Below are positions 49,448-60,890 of a stretch of DNA of 60,890 nucleotides, piece by piece; positions within the stretch are counted from its first letter, which is position 1, and each line of letters starts with the position of its first letter. Source of the DNA: Phoronis australis. Taxonomy: Eukaryota; Animalia; Phoronida. The stretch lies in assembly GCA_002633005.1 (NCBI GenBank), contig NMRA01000728.1:1-60890 (forward strand), in the 5' to 3' direction. Under the pieces are notes generated by a model. The model saw nothing but the letters and a program-made list of their open reading frames with translations. It was not told the origin of the DNA and did no database searches. The position numbers were made by a program, and so were the translations under genes.

Positions 49448-50640
49448 TTAAGTTAACACAGTAATCATTCAATTTGTTGAGTTTTCGTCAATTGAGCAAT
49501 TTTGGCGTAAAACCCAACATAGGATACTTTAAAGCACTTGTAGTTATAGTTTTGTCCACATGAAAGCGTTTTCCCGTTCAGTGACTTTACCCAGACGAAG
49601 GGGGTTCTGAACGTGTGATAACATCTAGCTTCTTTATTAACTGCCAAGCACAGTCTTTTGTCTGTTATGACAACAAGCAGGCCACTTATCTTTCAGGCTC
49701 ATTACAGACCAGGTGTAAACAGTCAAACTCAGCCTGAATTGGTGTATTCTGGGAAAGAAAAGATTGTCATAACTTCGGTTGTAATTGGGCATTTTGGCTG
49801 TCAAAAACTAAACATGATCACCATTTGACGAAGACTTCAGAAGTGCAATTGGACTATGTTCAAATATGTTCTAACTTAACGTTTATTTTAAACAACACAG
49901 CCCAGTCAGGATAGATACGTTCGTATTGGAGTTTAGAGCAATTATCGAACAAAAGAGAGCTGGCCCTCCAACCATAAATGCCCTATGGAGTTAATCAGTC
50001 GGGTAAGATATTGGCTACAGGGGTAAACTTCCTAACTTGTTCAGTTGGGCTATAGAATCGAACAAGTTGTGAGCAACGGGAAAATGCCGTAATGACAGGA
50101 TGAATATCATCAGGGTTACGTTGGAGTCTTGCGTTCAGTTCCCTATTGACTAATTCCAGGGGATAGCCATTCTTTTGTAAATTCGTTGTAGGCGATATAC
50201 CCTGTCTATTAGAGTTTCAATGAGACCTACTTTGTAAACAAAGGATGTGAAGCTGTGAAAACAAGTGTACAGTCCTGTGTAGGTCTTGTTATGGAATACT
50301 GATGTTACTACTGAGGTATCATCACGCTCCACTAACACGTCCAGAAATGGCAAATTGTTGTCGACCTCTAATTTTATGCGGAATTTCAAGTTAGGATGCC
50401 TCGATTTTCAATACACCAAAAATTCCTGGGATGACTGCTGACTTTCAAATATACAAAACACATCATCTAAATGTCGTCGATAGAAACAGACATGCATGAG
50501 GTCCAGTGTACGTCTCAATCCATGTCTTCTAATGGTGACTTAAAAACATGCCGCCTAATATGGGAGCCAAAGGTGAACCCGTTGCTACACCATTAATTTG
50601 GTTAAAAACATCACCATTAAATACAATAATACTCTCTACT
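49448..50640 (-). mobile_element. Penelope-like element, RT and linker part (copy A)
   Basis: FNQINGVATGSPLAPILG, FYRRHLDDVFCIF, NNLPFLDVLV, KTYTGLYTCFHSF, and linker FKVSYVGFYAKIAQ that joins the GIY-YIG part across the TTAA. Confidence 0.85.
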
Positions 50641-51814
50641 AATTATCCACCCAATCATTGTTCTATGCGTATGACTTATTTTTCCTCAGTAAGTTGTAAA
50701 GATATGTAGCCGGGGCCACCCAATCTCAGCCGTATTTAGTAATAAGCTTTCTGGGTTAATAAACGTATTGCTCTTGAACAAAAACCTAGCCAGTGGTTTT
50801 TCAGACAGCTTGNCCTATAGAATTATGCCCTCCCCCAGCACCAAGGTGAGATAGTCTAAAATTGCAATTCTTTCATTATCTTCTTTACAGTTCACAGTCG
50901 ATTATTCCAAAGTGGTTCTCATTCATTCCCTTGCATACATTTATTCACTCACTAGTAACACCCCGCTCAGTCTCGGAGAAGTAAGAGACAATTTTGTTCA
51001 ATGCTCAATTGCATGCCAGTGAAACCCAGGATTCGAACCCGAGTCTCACGAGCTCAAACCACTGAGCCACACTGTGTACAAATAATCAGAGACCTAACAC
51101 TTTTTGAGTGATTTGCTATAATGCAAAAAAATCCCAGTTTTATCACTGAAACTGGTATTTATCCATGGCTGAAACACGATTCACCAATGGGGATATGGGC
51201 GCCTGGGACTTACTGGTAAAGCACCTACTTTTGAACTAAAAAAGACCAAGTTATAATTCGCGGTTGTAGGATACATATTGATAATATTCTTACCAATCAC
51301 TAACATCTAATCGCAACTCCTGCGCTCCTTCAGCCTGTTGACGTTCACAGGACGAACCCGCTGGGAGTGAGTCTTCGGCGACCAGAGAAAGGGCCGTGAA
51401 AGAGATCGAGGGAGAACGGCTCCATTACAGAAAAGCTGTGAACACATATTGTTCCTCCGGGATCTGTCACCTCCACCTCCACGTCCGAAAGGTCGGAATC
51501 TTCTGAAAAGTCCACCTGTCCGTCCCTGTATCGTTCAAAGTATTCCTCATCTAGGCTGCTGTACTCACTTGGACACACATTGTTCCCCTTGTGTTCCCCA
51601 ACACCACGTCACAGATGTGTAACGAACGAAAATGGCGCCGTTTCTATTCTCCGTTACAACGATGGCGTTACAACATCACGGCACTAAATTTGTAAATAAC
51701 TTTGTATAGCGGCGTACAACTCAGTTAATGTTAAGAATATAGCAATGATAATTATAAACTAGAATTTAGACCGTATTGTTGTTCAGATTGGTTTGGACCT
51801 TGCAATTTCCTCTT

Positions 51815-53010
51815 TAAATTAACACAGTAATTATTCAATTTGTTGAGTTTTCGTCAATTGAGCAATTTTGGCGTAAAACCCAACATAGGATACTTTAAAG
51901 CACTTGTAGTTAGTTTTGTCTACATGAAAGCGTTTTCCCGTTCAGTGACTTTACCAGACGGAGGGGGTTCTGAGCGCATGATAACATCTAGCTTCTTTGT
52001 TAACTGCCAAGCACAAACTTCTGTCTGTTATGACAACAACCAGGCCACTTATCTTACAGACCACGTGTAAACAGTCAAACTCAGCCTGAATTGGTGTATC
52101 CTGGGAAAGAAAAGATTGTCATAACTTCGGTTGCAATTGGGCATTTTGGCTGTTCAAAAACTAAACATGATCACCATTTGACGAAGGCTTCAGAAATGCA
52201 ATTGGACTATGTTCAAATATGTTCTAACTTAACGTTTATTTTAAACAACACAACCCAGTCAGGGTAGATACGTTCTTATTGGAGTTTAGAGCAATTATCG
52301 AACAAAAGAGAGCTGGCCCTCCAACCATAAATGCCCAATGGAATTAATCAGTCGGGTAAGATATTGGCTACAGGGGTAAACTTCCTAACTTGTTCAGTTG
52401 GGCTATAGAATCGAAAAGGTTGGGAGCAACGGGAAAATGCCGTAATGACAGGAACAATATCATCAGGGTTACGTTGGAGTCTTGCTTTCAGTTCCCTATT
52501 GACTAATTCCAGGGGATAGCCATTCTTTTGTAAATTCGTTGTAAGTTCTTTAATATTGTTAATGCGATATACCCTGTCTATTAGAGTTTCAATGAGACCT
52601 ACTTTGTAAACAAAGGATGTGAAGCTGTGAAAACAAGTGTACAGTCCTGTGTAGGTCTTGTTATGGAAGACTGATGTTACTACTGAGGTATCATCACGCT
52701 CCACTAACACGTCCAGAAATGGCAAATTGTTGTCGACCTCTAATTCTATGCGGAATTTCAAGTTAGGATGCCTCGAGTTTCAATACACAAAAAATTCCTG
52801 GGCTGACTGCTGACTTTCAAATATACAAAACACATCATCTAAATGTCGTCGATAGAAATAGACATGCATAAGGACCAGTGTACGTCTCAATCCATGTCTT
52901 CTAATGGTGACCTAAAAACATGCCGCCTAATATGGGAGCCAAAGGTGAACCCGTTGCTACACCATTAATTTGGTTAAAAACATCACCATTAAATACAATA
53001 ATACTCTCTA
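51815..53010 (-). mobile_element. Penelope-like element, RT and linker part (copy B, duplicated block)
   Basis: KFRIELEVDNNLPFLDVLVER...TGLYTCFHSF...KVGLIETLIDRVYRI...LQKNGYP. Confidence 0.85.
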
Positions 53011-54443
53011 CTAATTATCCACCCAATCATTGTTCTATGCGCATGACTTATTTTTCCGCAGTAAGTTGTAAATATATGTAGCTGCGGGGCCACCCAATCT
53101 CAGCCGTATCTAGTAATAAGCTTTCTGGGTTAAAAAACGTATTGCTCTTGAACAAAACCTAGCCAGTGGTTTTTCAGACGGCTTGAACTCCGCCGTATGG
53201 TTTTGAAAGATGGACTTTGCAATTCTCACTCAAGGGAGAAGTCTGTCCTTATCACTTCTATCTGAGTTGACTGTTGTTTTTTGTGCGGGATATTTGTAAC
53301 CTTTTTGTGAGATTCAGCTATTTTTATGTATGCCAGCAATGATGAATTGACAGTTCCAGTAATCTCATCAGTGCAGAGCAGTTTCCTTTCAGTACGGGGG
53401 TTATTCGACNACCCGAACTCTCATGTGCACTCCACAGCTCAAGCCAACGAGCTTTCATATAAGCCTGTCCCTAACTTCAATCGTTGACGTACGTAAGTAA
53501 ACTAGCTCCATATCAGGGATTGCTCGGTGTATATTCGTAACGGTAACTGTCCCTGGGAAGATCTCTGTAATAACTGAGCTGTCGTTGCTTTTACGGGATA
53601 CAGTGGAGCTTTTATGTTGGTAGTATCTTATCATAGAAAAAATTGTGATCATCGATTTTAACTTCTTTGATGAGGAAGCGATTTGTTTTCCTCTTTCCGG
53701 TTCAGAAATTGCTCAGAGAGTCAATGCTTCTGGTTTGAGGAACTGGTACTTTCATTAATTTCATGAAGATGTTCAGTTTACCTTTTATAATGCATAAAAT
53801 GCCAAATTGACTAAAAATAATTTCAAAACAGACAACATTTCTAAATTTAAATCTTAGCGTCTATTTTCACTTCCTCGTCAAATCTAAACATTCAACCTTT
53901 CAGGGGGATTACTAATTAAGTTGGAAAAATACATTTAGACATATACACAGTAAAAACATGAAATCCTAGTTTCATCGCTGCCTATACATGTACGTCAAAT
54001 CAGATCCATAAATCTTCTCTATTAGGTCAGCATGGTTTTCGACTCCAATCTGCATTTGAGAGGATCCCTGCGTGTGCGTGCGTGAATACATGCGTGCGTA
54101 TGTGCGTGCATCTGCGCGTTGGGGGCATGCGCGCATATGTGTGAATGCTTGCGGTATTTTAGCCGCTAGCAATGTGAGAGAAAGAAAGACAATGAAGGAC
54201 GGCTATTTCCTCATCCGCAGTTGTGGGGCCGGTGTTCTTTCCCTGTCGAATATTGATTTAGTCGTTTAGTATGGAGCATTTTGAAACGTGTGTAGTTCAG
54301 GGGTTCGGGCCTGGAATTTTACCTCGGTTACGATGTTTGCTGGAATTTAAAGCCGTGGCAGCGCAAACGCTTCTACCGACTGATAACAGTTTGAGTACCT
54401 ATTTTTTCAGACCACCAAAGTCAATTGAAGAGACAGTATTGAA

Positions 54444-54498
54444 ATGACGCAAACTTTCATCTTGTATCTCTTTGGTATCTCAATAACGTTATGTAGAG
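54444..54498 (+). CDS. Gene 2 (L1-like paralog) signal-peptide exon; exon begins at 54411 with 5' UTR
   Basis: attttttcAG acceptor at 54410, in-frame TGA upstream of ATG 54444, MTQTFILYLFGISITLCR-G hydrophobic leader, AG|GTAAGT phase-1 donor. Confidence 0.75.
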
Positions 54499-54691
54499 GT
54501 AAGTCGTAATGATAATGAATTTGTTATAAAATTTGTTCTTCGAATTGGCATAGCAATGCTTGATAGTTAACTTAACATGCAGTTTCCAGGAACTGTGGTG
54601 GCTATGGTTGGTTCATAAAATAAGCCAACCCACCTTGACAACCCAGCTTGTAGAACCTGGTGTCACGAACAACAGTAATGGTCTGAATCAT

Positions 54692-55350
54692 CAGTGGCGG
54701 ATCTACGGGGGGGTTCAGGGGGTTTAAACCCCCCTCGGTCTAGGACTCAAAAATTAAAAAAAAAAGCGTCTCCAGCAAAACAAAAACGGCACCGCCAGCG
54801 TGTGTAAACCCCAAGTAAACCAACTTGCAGGAAAAAATTGAGGGGGGATTCACTCTGAAGATATAGTTTTTTGCGTTGTGAATTGCTGAGTCTTTGTGGC
54901 TCATCTGCAAAACGCGCGGGGATTTATTGTGCGCGCGCTTCCGTCGACACTTCTGAAATAGTCAAGCATTTTAGATGGATTCACCGCTGAAAGAGCAGTT
55001 CTATAGCTGATTTCTTTAGGTAACTAGCTTCTTTACTCTAAGATATATTTTGATTTGATTAGGGGAAATACTGCAGTGCCACAACCCTGATATTCAGGCG
55101 AATTGACGTGCAACGTTTTTACCTCATCTGTCATGCCGTGTCATTCTATTACACTCCACACGTTTGTAACTGATGTATAGTAAAGTTGTCTTGCGCAATC
55201 ATATCATACAGTGTACATGTACATGTAATATTGTGTACATGTACATGTAATATTTTTGAAAAAAATCTTTTTCCGANGGCTCCACGCGCCAGGATTCGAC
55301 CTTGGCGGGAATGCTAAACCCCCCTTGCTGAAAACGTAGATCCGCCACTG
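54692..55350. mobile_element. MITE with CAGTGGCGGATCTACG TIRs
   Basis: Perfect 16-bp TIR and 5-bp direct repeat ATCAT; contains an N at 55277. Confidence 0.8.
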
Positions 55351-57944
55351 ATCATAAATAGGAATTAAGCCGAGACCAACGTCTCATGACGTTGACTGGA
55401 CTTAATACATGTTTGTAGTTGCTTTAAAAAGTAGGGCACTTAGTGAATATCTGAAATTAATGGCTTGACGCCCCGCACAAAATGAGGCACTTGATCCGAA
55501 CCTAACCTTTTTCCTTGAAATCTTTACAGCAGCTATACAATCACGTTTCATCCAATAAGTAAAGTTTTCATTTAGACCTCTCACCGTTGTAAAATTGCTC
55601 TCGATGTTTTCCTTACTCAGATAAGAAGTTATTTCTGAGCTAGCGAAGAACTAAAAGTATGTCATTCGTACTGTGCTCGGCGCATAAAATGTCATGCCGT
55701 GACAAGTCAAAACGTTGAGCTGAGATATGTTTTTCGAAACGTGACTTCAGCGATAAGTCAGAAATTGCTCTTCACCGACTGCCACAAACATTCAATACGG
55801 CTTTAACCGCAATGTAATATTACCACATGACAGCCATGGTTGCCAAGTTACAGTAACTGTAAATCCGCACTGGGCCGTCTTTGGATCACTTGCCACAAAT
55901 GTAAAACAATTGGTATCTGGTGGAGGGATGAACTGAAAGTTAGGTAGTAAGTGAGACCAACCTCACCACATAAAATGGCACGCCGTGACAAGCCAGTATT
56001 TCGAGGTTGACCTCAAAAAGTAACGAAATGTCATTTGTACCCAAGCTGGGAAATCGTCTTCAATCTGGCAAAAACACGTGTAAAGCAAAGTAAATGCCCT
56101 AAATCACAAGTTATATTTACAAAGACGGGCATATTGTCGCTTATGTAAATTCTAGATTTTATTTTTTTCTTGTAAAAATATGATGCTATGGTATATTTGA
56201 GATCATTTCCAAACTGCTTGATGTTCGGTAGTCTGTAAACTAGTGATTGTGAAGACCTCAGATTTGATTGAGAAATTCGTGTGCCCAAATCTAATGTCTA
56301 CACCATATCGTGGTAGGGTAACTTGTTTTAGGATAACTTGAGCCACTTCTAATTCCTGTGAGGCTTCTAACCTGGGGCAAAGTGGATCATCATCTGCGAT
56401 TACATACAGACGGGTCTTTCTTGCGCCCCGAATTTGGATCGGTTTTTGATTGTCGTGCACACAGCGACAACTTCCGCCTCACCCTAGATATTGGGTATGC
56501 TTGTGTAGACGCTCCACTCAGAAGTGGGGTAAGTGGCACTAGTGCAAGTTGTTCTCGGATAGGCTGGGTGTGGAGGGGGATTAACCCTCATCATGCTGAA
56601 CCTGTATTCAGACTACTTTCCCTGTGTGCTGAGCTAAGTACACTGTAGGTCACCACTACTGTTGTACACTCAGCTGTTGTGGAGGTCACCTAGACAAATG
56701 ATCTAACAATTTTAAATTGGAAATTTTAATGGGAAATATTAAATTAACAGAACGGAAGTCAATATGAAACTTGTGCAGAATTTAATGGAAATTTTCACCA
56801 TGTGTAAGTATTTATCATAGCCTTGGTGAAAGTAAACTGATCCACTGCCATTCTCTCCCGTATGGCTCCAGCCATATAATGAAACTATGTGTGTACACTT
56901 ACATAAACCTGCCAATATCTCCCAAACTAGTAATCACAGCCATATGGTTTAAATTGGAGAACCGTTGTAGAGGAAACTGTGAAGTATGGAATGCTCATGG
57001 TCACATAGCTAAACAATATTCCAGGGCTCTTACAATTTCTGAATGAAAATCACAAGTCTCCTGGCGTGAGTGCACTCTCCTAGCGCAGCCCAGATGTAAC
57101 TTATTATAGTCGATTGAGTACACCCAACGCATTGTAATAGGATAATTGGCATGTGGGCTGACCTCGCCTAACAAAGGATAAGGGTTAAAGTAAAACTGAA
57201 AAATAAATTTATCAAAAATACACATGTAAATGAAATTTAAGTCATCCATTACAGAGAAGACATAGACATGTATAGAATTTAACACTGAGACGTAGTATGA
57301 ATGGACGCATAACACCCAATTAATTTAAGACCCGAACAAATGCAAGGATAAGCGCAATTACTATGTAGTATTTTCGAAGCACTTGACGAAGGGCTTCTTT
57401 GAAAAACGCACATATTCAGTAATAGATAAGGTGCAAAGTGTGCATACTTGTACTTCTTCAGTTATTAGCACAATAAGACAGCAAAGTAGATTTTTGTCAA
57501 TTCTGAACAAAATGAAGCATTATTGAAACTGCATTATACGCATAGATTCTGAGTTAACGTTGTCATAAAGAAAATCTCAATGACCTTTTGAATATTTAAG
57601 CTTTGTAGTCAGCCGGTGTGAAGTTGAAACTGAAAATTTTGTGAAATGCTTTGCATGAAATAAGCGACGAATTACTCAACACGCTACTTAATCTGTGATT
57701 GATTGTATTAAATGATGTCCAATAAACCTGCGTTCAGTCCAGTAAACGAACTTTAGATATAGACTGCTGTCCACTTTAAAATTAGTTTTAACTTGTCACT
57801 TACGAAGATGAGATGTGATGTCTGGGTTTTCAAATAACTGACAGTTGGATATTCGTTGTGTGGCATCACCCCTTGACAAAGCAATGTGTAGAGTTTGATC
57901 TCAAACAAGAATGAACTCTCAGTTCTTTCAAAGACCCGAGATCG

Positions 57945-58025
57945 TCTCCGAGTTTGACTAAGGAACAATTAGTAGAACTACTTTNTCTCCGAGTTTGAAT
58001 AAGGAACAATTAGTAGAACTACTTT
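57945..58025. repeat. 41-bp-period tandem duplication
   Basis: TCTCCGAGTTTGA(C/A)TAAGGAACAATTAGTAGAACTACTTT x2. Confidence 0.9.
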
Positions 58026-58563
58026 GCGGCAGTAAGTGGTCTAAATTCTAAGATGTTTGTTGCGATTGAAAGCGGTGTTTATAATGGTAGCCGCTTCAAA
58101 TACTAACGCAACGTTCAACTGCAACTTGCAATGCCATGTTTGACCCGTGAGGTATCGTGGAAGTTTGTCGTTTGTCACTCACAACCCGTGTTCTCATAAC
58201 TCTTACTGTACATGGCTCTCCAAACACCACTCAGTGCTATATTTTGTGTTTTTTGATTAACGTTTGATTGTTCATTTGTTTTATGTTTTATCGTTTTGCT
58301 CCATGACTGATTTTTCTACTACTTGAGCGTTATCGTCCCTTCAACTCTCCTTTCCTCTCAGCTGTATTACAAAGAACAATGAAATTGCTCCTTCCATTCG
58401 CATATTTACTTATAATTTTGTCTGTCTCGGGAAAGGTTTTAATGAACAGGTTTGCGATATAATCGGTGATAACTAACCCCCACCTTGTGAACTAACAAAG
58501 GCGATTTTCTTCATTCTTCAGGATTTGTTAAATTCTCATGCAAACATTTTACTTTTGCAATTG

Positions 58564-58661
58564 NNNNNNNNNNNNNNNNNNNNNNNNNNNNNNNNNNNNN
58601 NNNNNNNNNNNNNNNNNNNNNNNNNNNNNNNNNNNNNNNNNNNNNNNNNNNNNNNNNNNNN
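58564..58661. other. Assembly gap
   Basis: 98 N. Confidence 1.
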
Positions 58662-59295
58662 CGCGTTCTTAATTCCGTCAAAGAATCCACCTTTGCTTTA
58701 GATCATTCCCCTCTTTGATATAGGGTCCAACTTGTCCCTTTCTCAAGTGAGGACTAATTTCTTATGGAGGGATGGGCTGACAGGTTGGTATTGCTTGTCA
58801 CCCAACTCATTCTCCCATAAAATGACCTGTTTATGAAGTTTCATCTTCAGTTGTAACGAACTGTCATTTGTTGTCATGCTCGGAAATTGTCTCTAATCTG
58901 AGCAAAGAACAAATTGAGAGCAGATTTGTAGTTCAGTAACTCAAGTGTTGTTTTTTAACAAAGGCGCTTTAATAAAATCTAGGTTTTCTGTCCGGTGAAT
59001 TCGCAATTCTTGTTGGAAATTTTTGTGTTTGTAACTGGAAAGTCATTTTGAAACTGCATTGAGCACCGTTTACACTGTACATGGACTGCTCCTTTAAATC
59101 ACTCATGATTGTGTGAGGAGCTCAAATGTGGCTGAGAAAATTGTGTGCCCAAACCTAATGTCTACAGGACTAAACTTTGTGGCCTTCAAGTGGTCCCCGC
59201 ATGGAGCAGAAAGCGAATGATGATATCATTATATCTGTGGTCAATAGAAACGCTTGACTGATGCTAATTAGATGTTTATTTTTTCAATTTTATAG

Positions 59296-59398
59296 GTGAG
59301 GCACCAGTGATAATTACAGAAGGTCCAAAAGATATTGGGATAAACCTTAGAAAAAGTGTTACGTTCAAGTGCAAATTCACAGGCGAGCCTCAACCAAG
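59296..59398 (+). CDS. Gene 2 Ig1, N-terminal half exon
   Basis: ttttcaattttatAG acceptor, AAG|GTATGT donor, phase 1-2. GEAPVIITEGPKDIGINLRKSVTFKCKFTGEPQP, an I-set Ig start. Not in the ORF track. Confidence 0.88.
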
Positions 59399-59582
59399 GT
59401 ATGTCAATATTTGTAGGTTTCTCAAAATTAGACACCACGTACAGATACAGCAATGATACATATGAAAAGCGCCATTTTTCTTGTTACGCTCATTGATTGT
59501 TATTTGCCATTATTGTTCTGCTATGATTGCAACCATAGGAAGGATTGTGCCTATATTATTCAGTGCTCAAGATGTGTTTCAG

Positions 59583-59794
59583 TGTTGTCTGGCATTACGG
59601 CAAAACACCAACGGACTTGCAGAAGTTGACGATAGACCCCACTGGCACGAAGAACTTTGTGCGGGACAACGTCGCTGGCGAGAACACGCTGCAAATTAAT
59701 AAGGTCACCGAAGACGATGCGGGCTACTATCAATGTATAGCCAACAATGGAAAAAGTGGGGACATGTCTAGTCTGGCTCATCTAGTTGTCCACC
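59583..59794 (+). CDS. Gene 2 Ig1, C-terminal half exon
   Basis: tgtttcAG acceptor, C|GTAAGT donor, phase 2-1. SVVWHYG...TLQINKVTEDDAGYYQCIANNGKSGDMSSLAHLVVH, with the D.G.Y.C motif. Confidence 0.92.
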
Positions 59795-60232
59795 GTAAGT
59801 GAATGCACAGTTTTTTACGCCTCTTGAACAGCTTTCTAAGGTGTTGCTTCTTTCTGTGAAGTTGTGGTTTTGCTGACCATTGAAACATGGTACCAGCTTG
59901 CACAAAGTGTCCGGGAAGGATACTTTATGTTCTTAATTTAGTTTCAAGTCACTTCTGCATCTCTGTAATTTGATGCTAAAGCTTGGATGCATATGTATTT
60001 CAGTATATTTGCCTTAACTGGGCTCATGTAGGCATTGATACACGTTAGTTGTACAAGCTCAAAGACTTTGTTTTACTATTCAAATCGTGTTGGGATCTTT
60101 ATATTAAATGAATGTTGTTTATGCTGGTTGTTTTCAGTGTGACATCAAAGTTGGTCATTACTTTATCAAATATTTGTGTTGTTTTAAATTATCACTTGGC
60201 TGAACTGTATGAAGAGCTTTCTGTTCCTAAAG

Positions 60233-60433
60233 ATATCGCGGCTCATACATCAGCAAAAGGACAAGAGATCACAGTGCAGGTTGGAATGAAATTAGAGGTA
60301 CCATGTAAGCCGTGGTTGGACTTTGCACCGCCGCACCAGTCTGTCCTGTTTAGCTGGATTAATAATGTGGGAGAACAAGCGGCCGCAAGTGTTGACACGT
60401 CTCTCAAACGCATACAGCAAATCCCTGTAACTG
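60233..60433 (+). CDS. Gene 2 Ig2, N-terminal half exon
   Basis: ctttctgttcctaaAG acceptor, G|GTAGGT donor, phase 1-1. IAAHTSAKGQEITVQVGMKLEVPCKPWLDFAPPHQSVLFSWINN...KRIQQIPVTG resembles L1 Ig2 (V..G....LPC.P......W....R......G|NLYF). Confidence 0.8.
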
Positions 60434-60890
60434 GTAGGTTGATCTATTGCTATGCCATTCACTAGCTTGTTGTAACTCCTAGCCCGTTTTTGGCACATTT
60501 CATAGTCTGGTTAACGACTTGCACTAGTCAGGTGTGGAATTCGGGATTTTGCGAACCAGTTTGAAGCCCGTTATCCAGAGGTTGAAATTGGTCATACACT
60601 ACTGTGAGTGTTTGCTACTGGAACTAACATCTTACTCTTTGTTATGGGGGAAGTGTTTATTGATTATTGCTTAAGCATTAATTCTTTTTACCGTCCCGAG
60701 CTGAGCTCTAGAGGCGGGATCAACTGTTAACTTACTTAAAAGTAGGAACGAAAGGACTTAGGGTACATAGGAAGCTGTTCTGTACCTGGCGAGTGATTCA
60801 ATTTGAGTGAAAGCCGTGTAACCTTTGACCTTGGATAAGTAGTAAACAAATTTCCACGGAGATGGGCAGTTCCAAGGTATTTTGCTAGAC

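Larger units (their letters stand above)
48445..53185. repeat. About 2.37-kb direct duplication across the single N at 50813
   Basis: 48445-50812 vs 50814-53185, with scattered SNPs and small indels. Confidence 0.9.

Noticed and set aside
48975-51578. Duplicated novel acidic 77-aa gene
   Set aside because: It is the frameshifted first exon of KolX, and the second copy lies in the N-centred duplication.
56330-56690. Exon-like segment on the minus strand after a ttgtctAG acceptor
   Set aside because: The frame I read contains several stops and no recognisable domain.

Overview
Animal (probably invertebrate) genomic DNA, AT-rich and dense in transposon relics, from a draft assembly with two N-gaps and several single-N contig joins. 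Most ORFs in the six-frame track are noise. The real coding signal is two head-to-tail, + strand, intron-rich genes of the L1CAM/neuroglian immunoglobulin family. Gene 1 (3' part, 834-29715) has an Ig half-exon, a full Ig exon (present twice across an N join, one copy frameshifted), a 69-nt Thr-rich stalk exon, a transmembrane exon, small cytoplasmic exons including a 16-nt microexon, and a terminal exon with the L1 tail (FNEDGSLIGQY...SVV). I see no fibronectin type III exons between the last Ig and the membrane. Gene 2 (5' part, 54411-60433) has a signal peptide, Ig1 and half of Ig2. Introns and intergenic DNA hold decayed elements: a CR1/L2-type LINE, an Academ transposon with tandem-repeat inverted arms, Kolobok elements (THAP + KolX, TTAA target sites, one inserted in a Penelope element), MITEs, a tRNA-derived SINE and satellites. 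All exon models were read by eye from splice sites and phase, and family assignments come from remembered motifs, not database searches.
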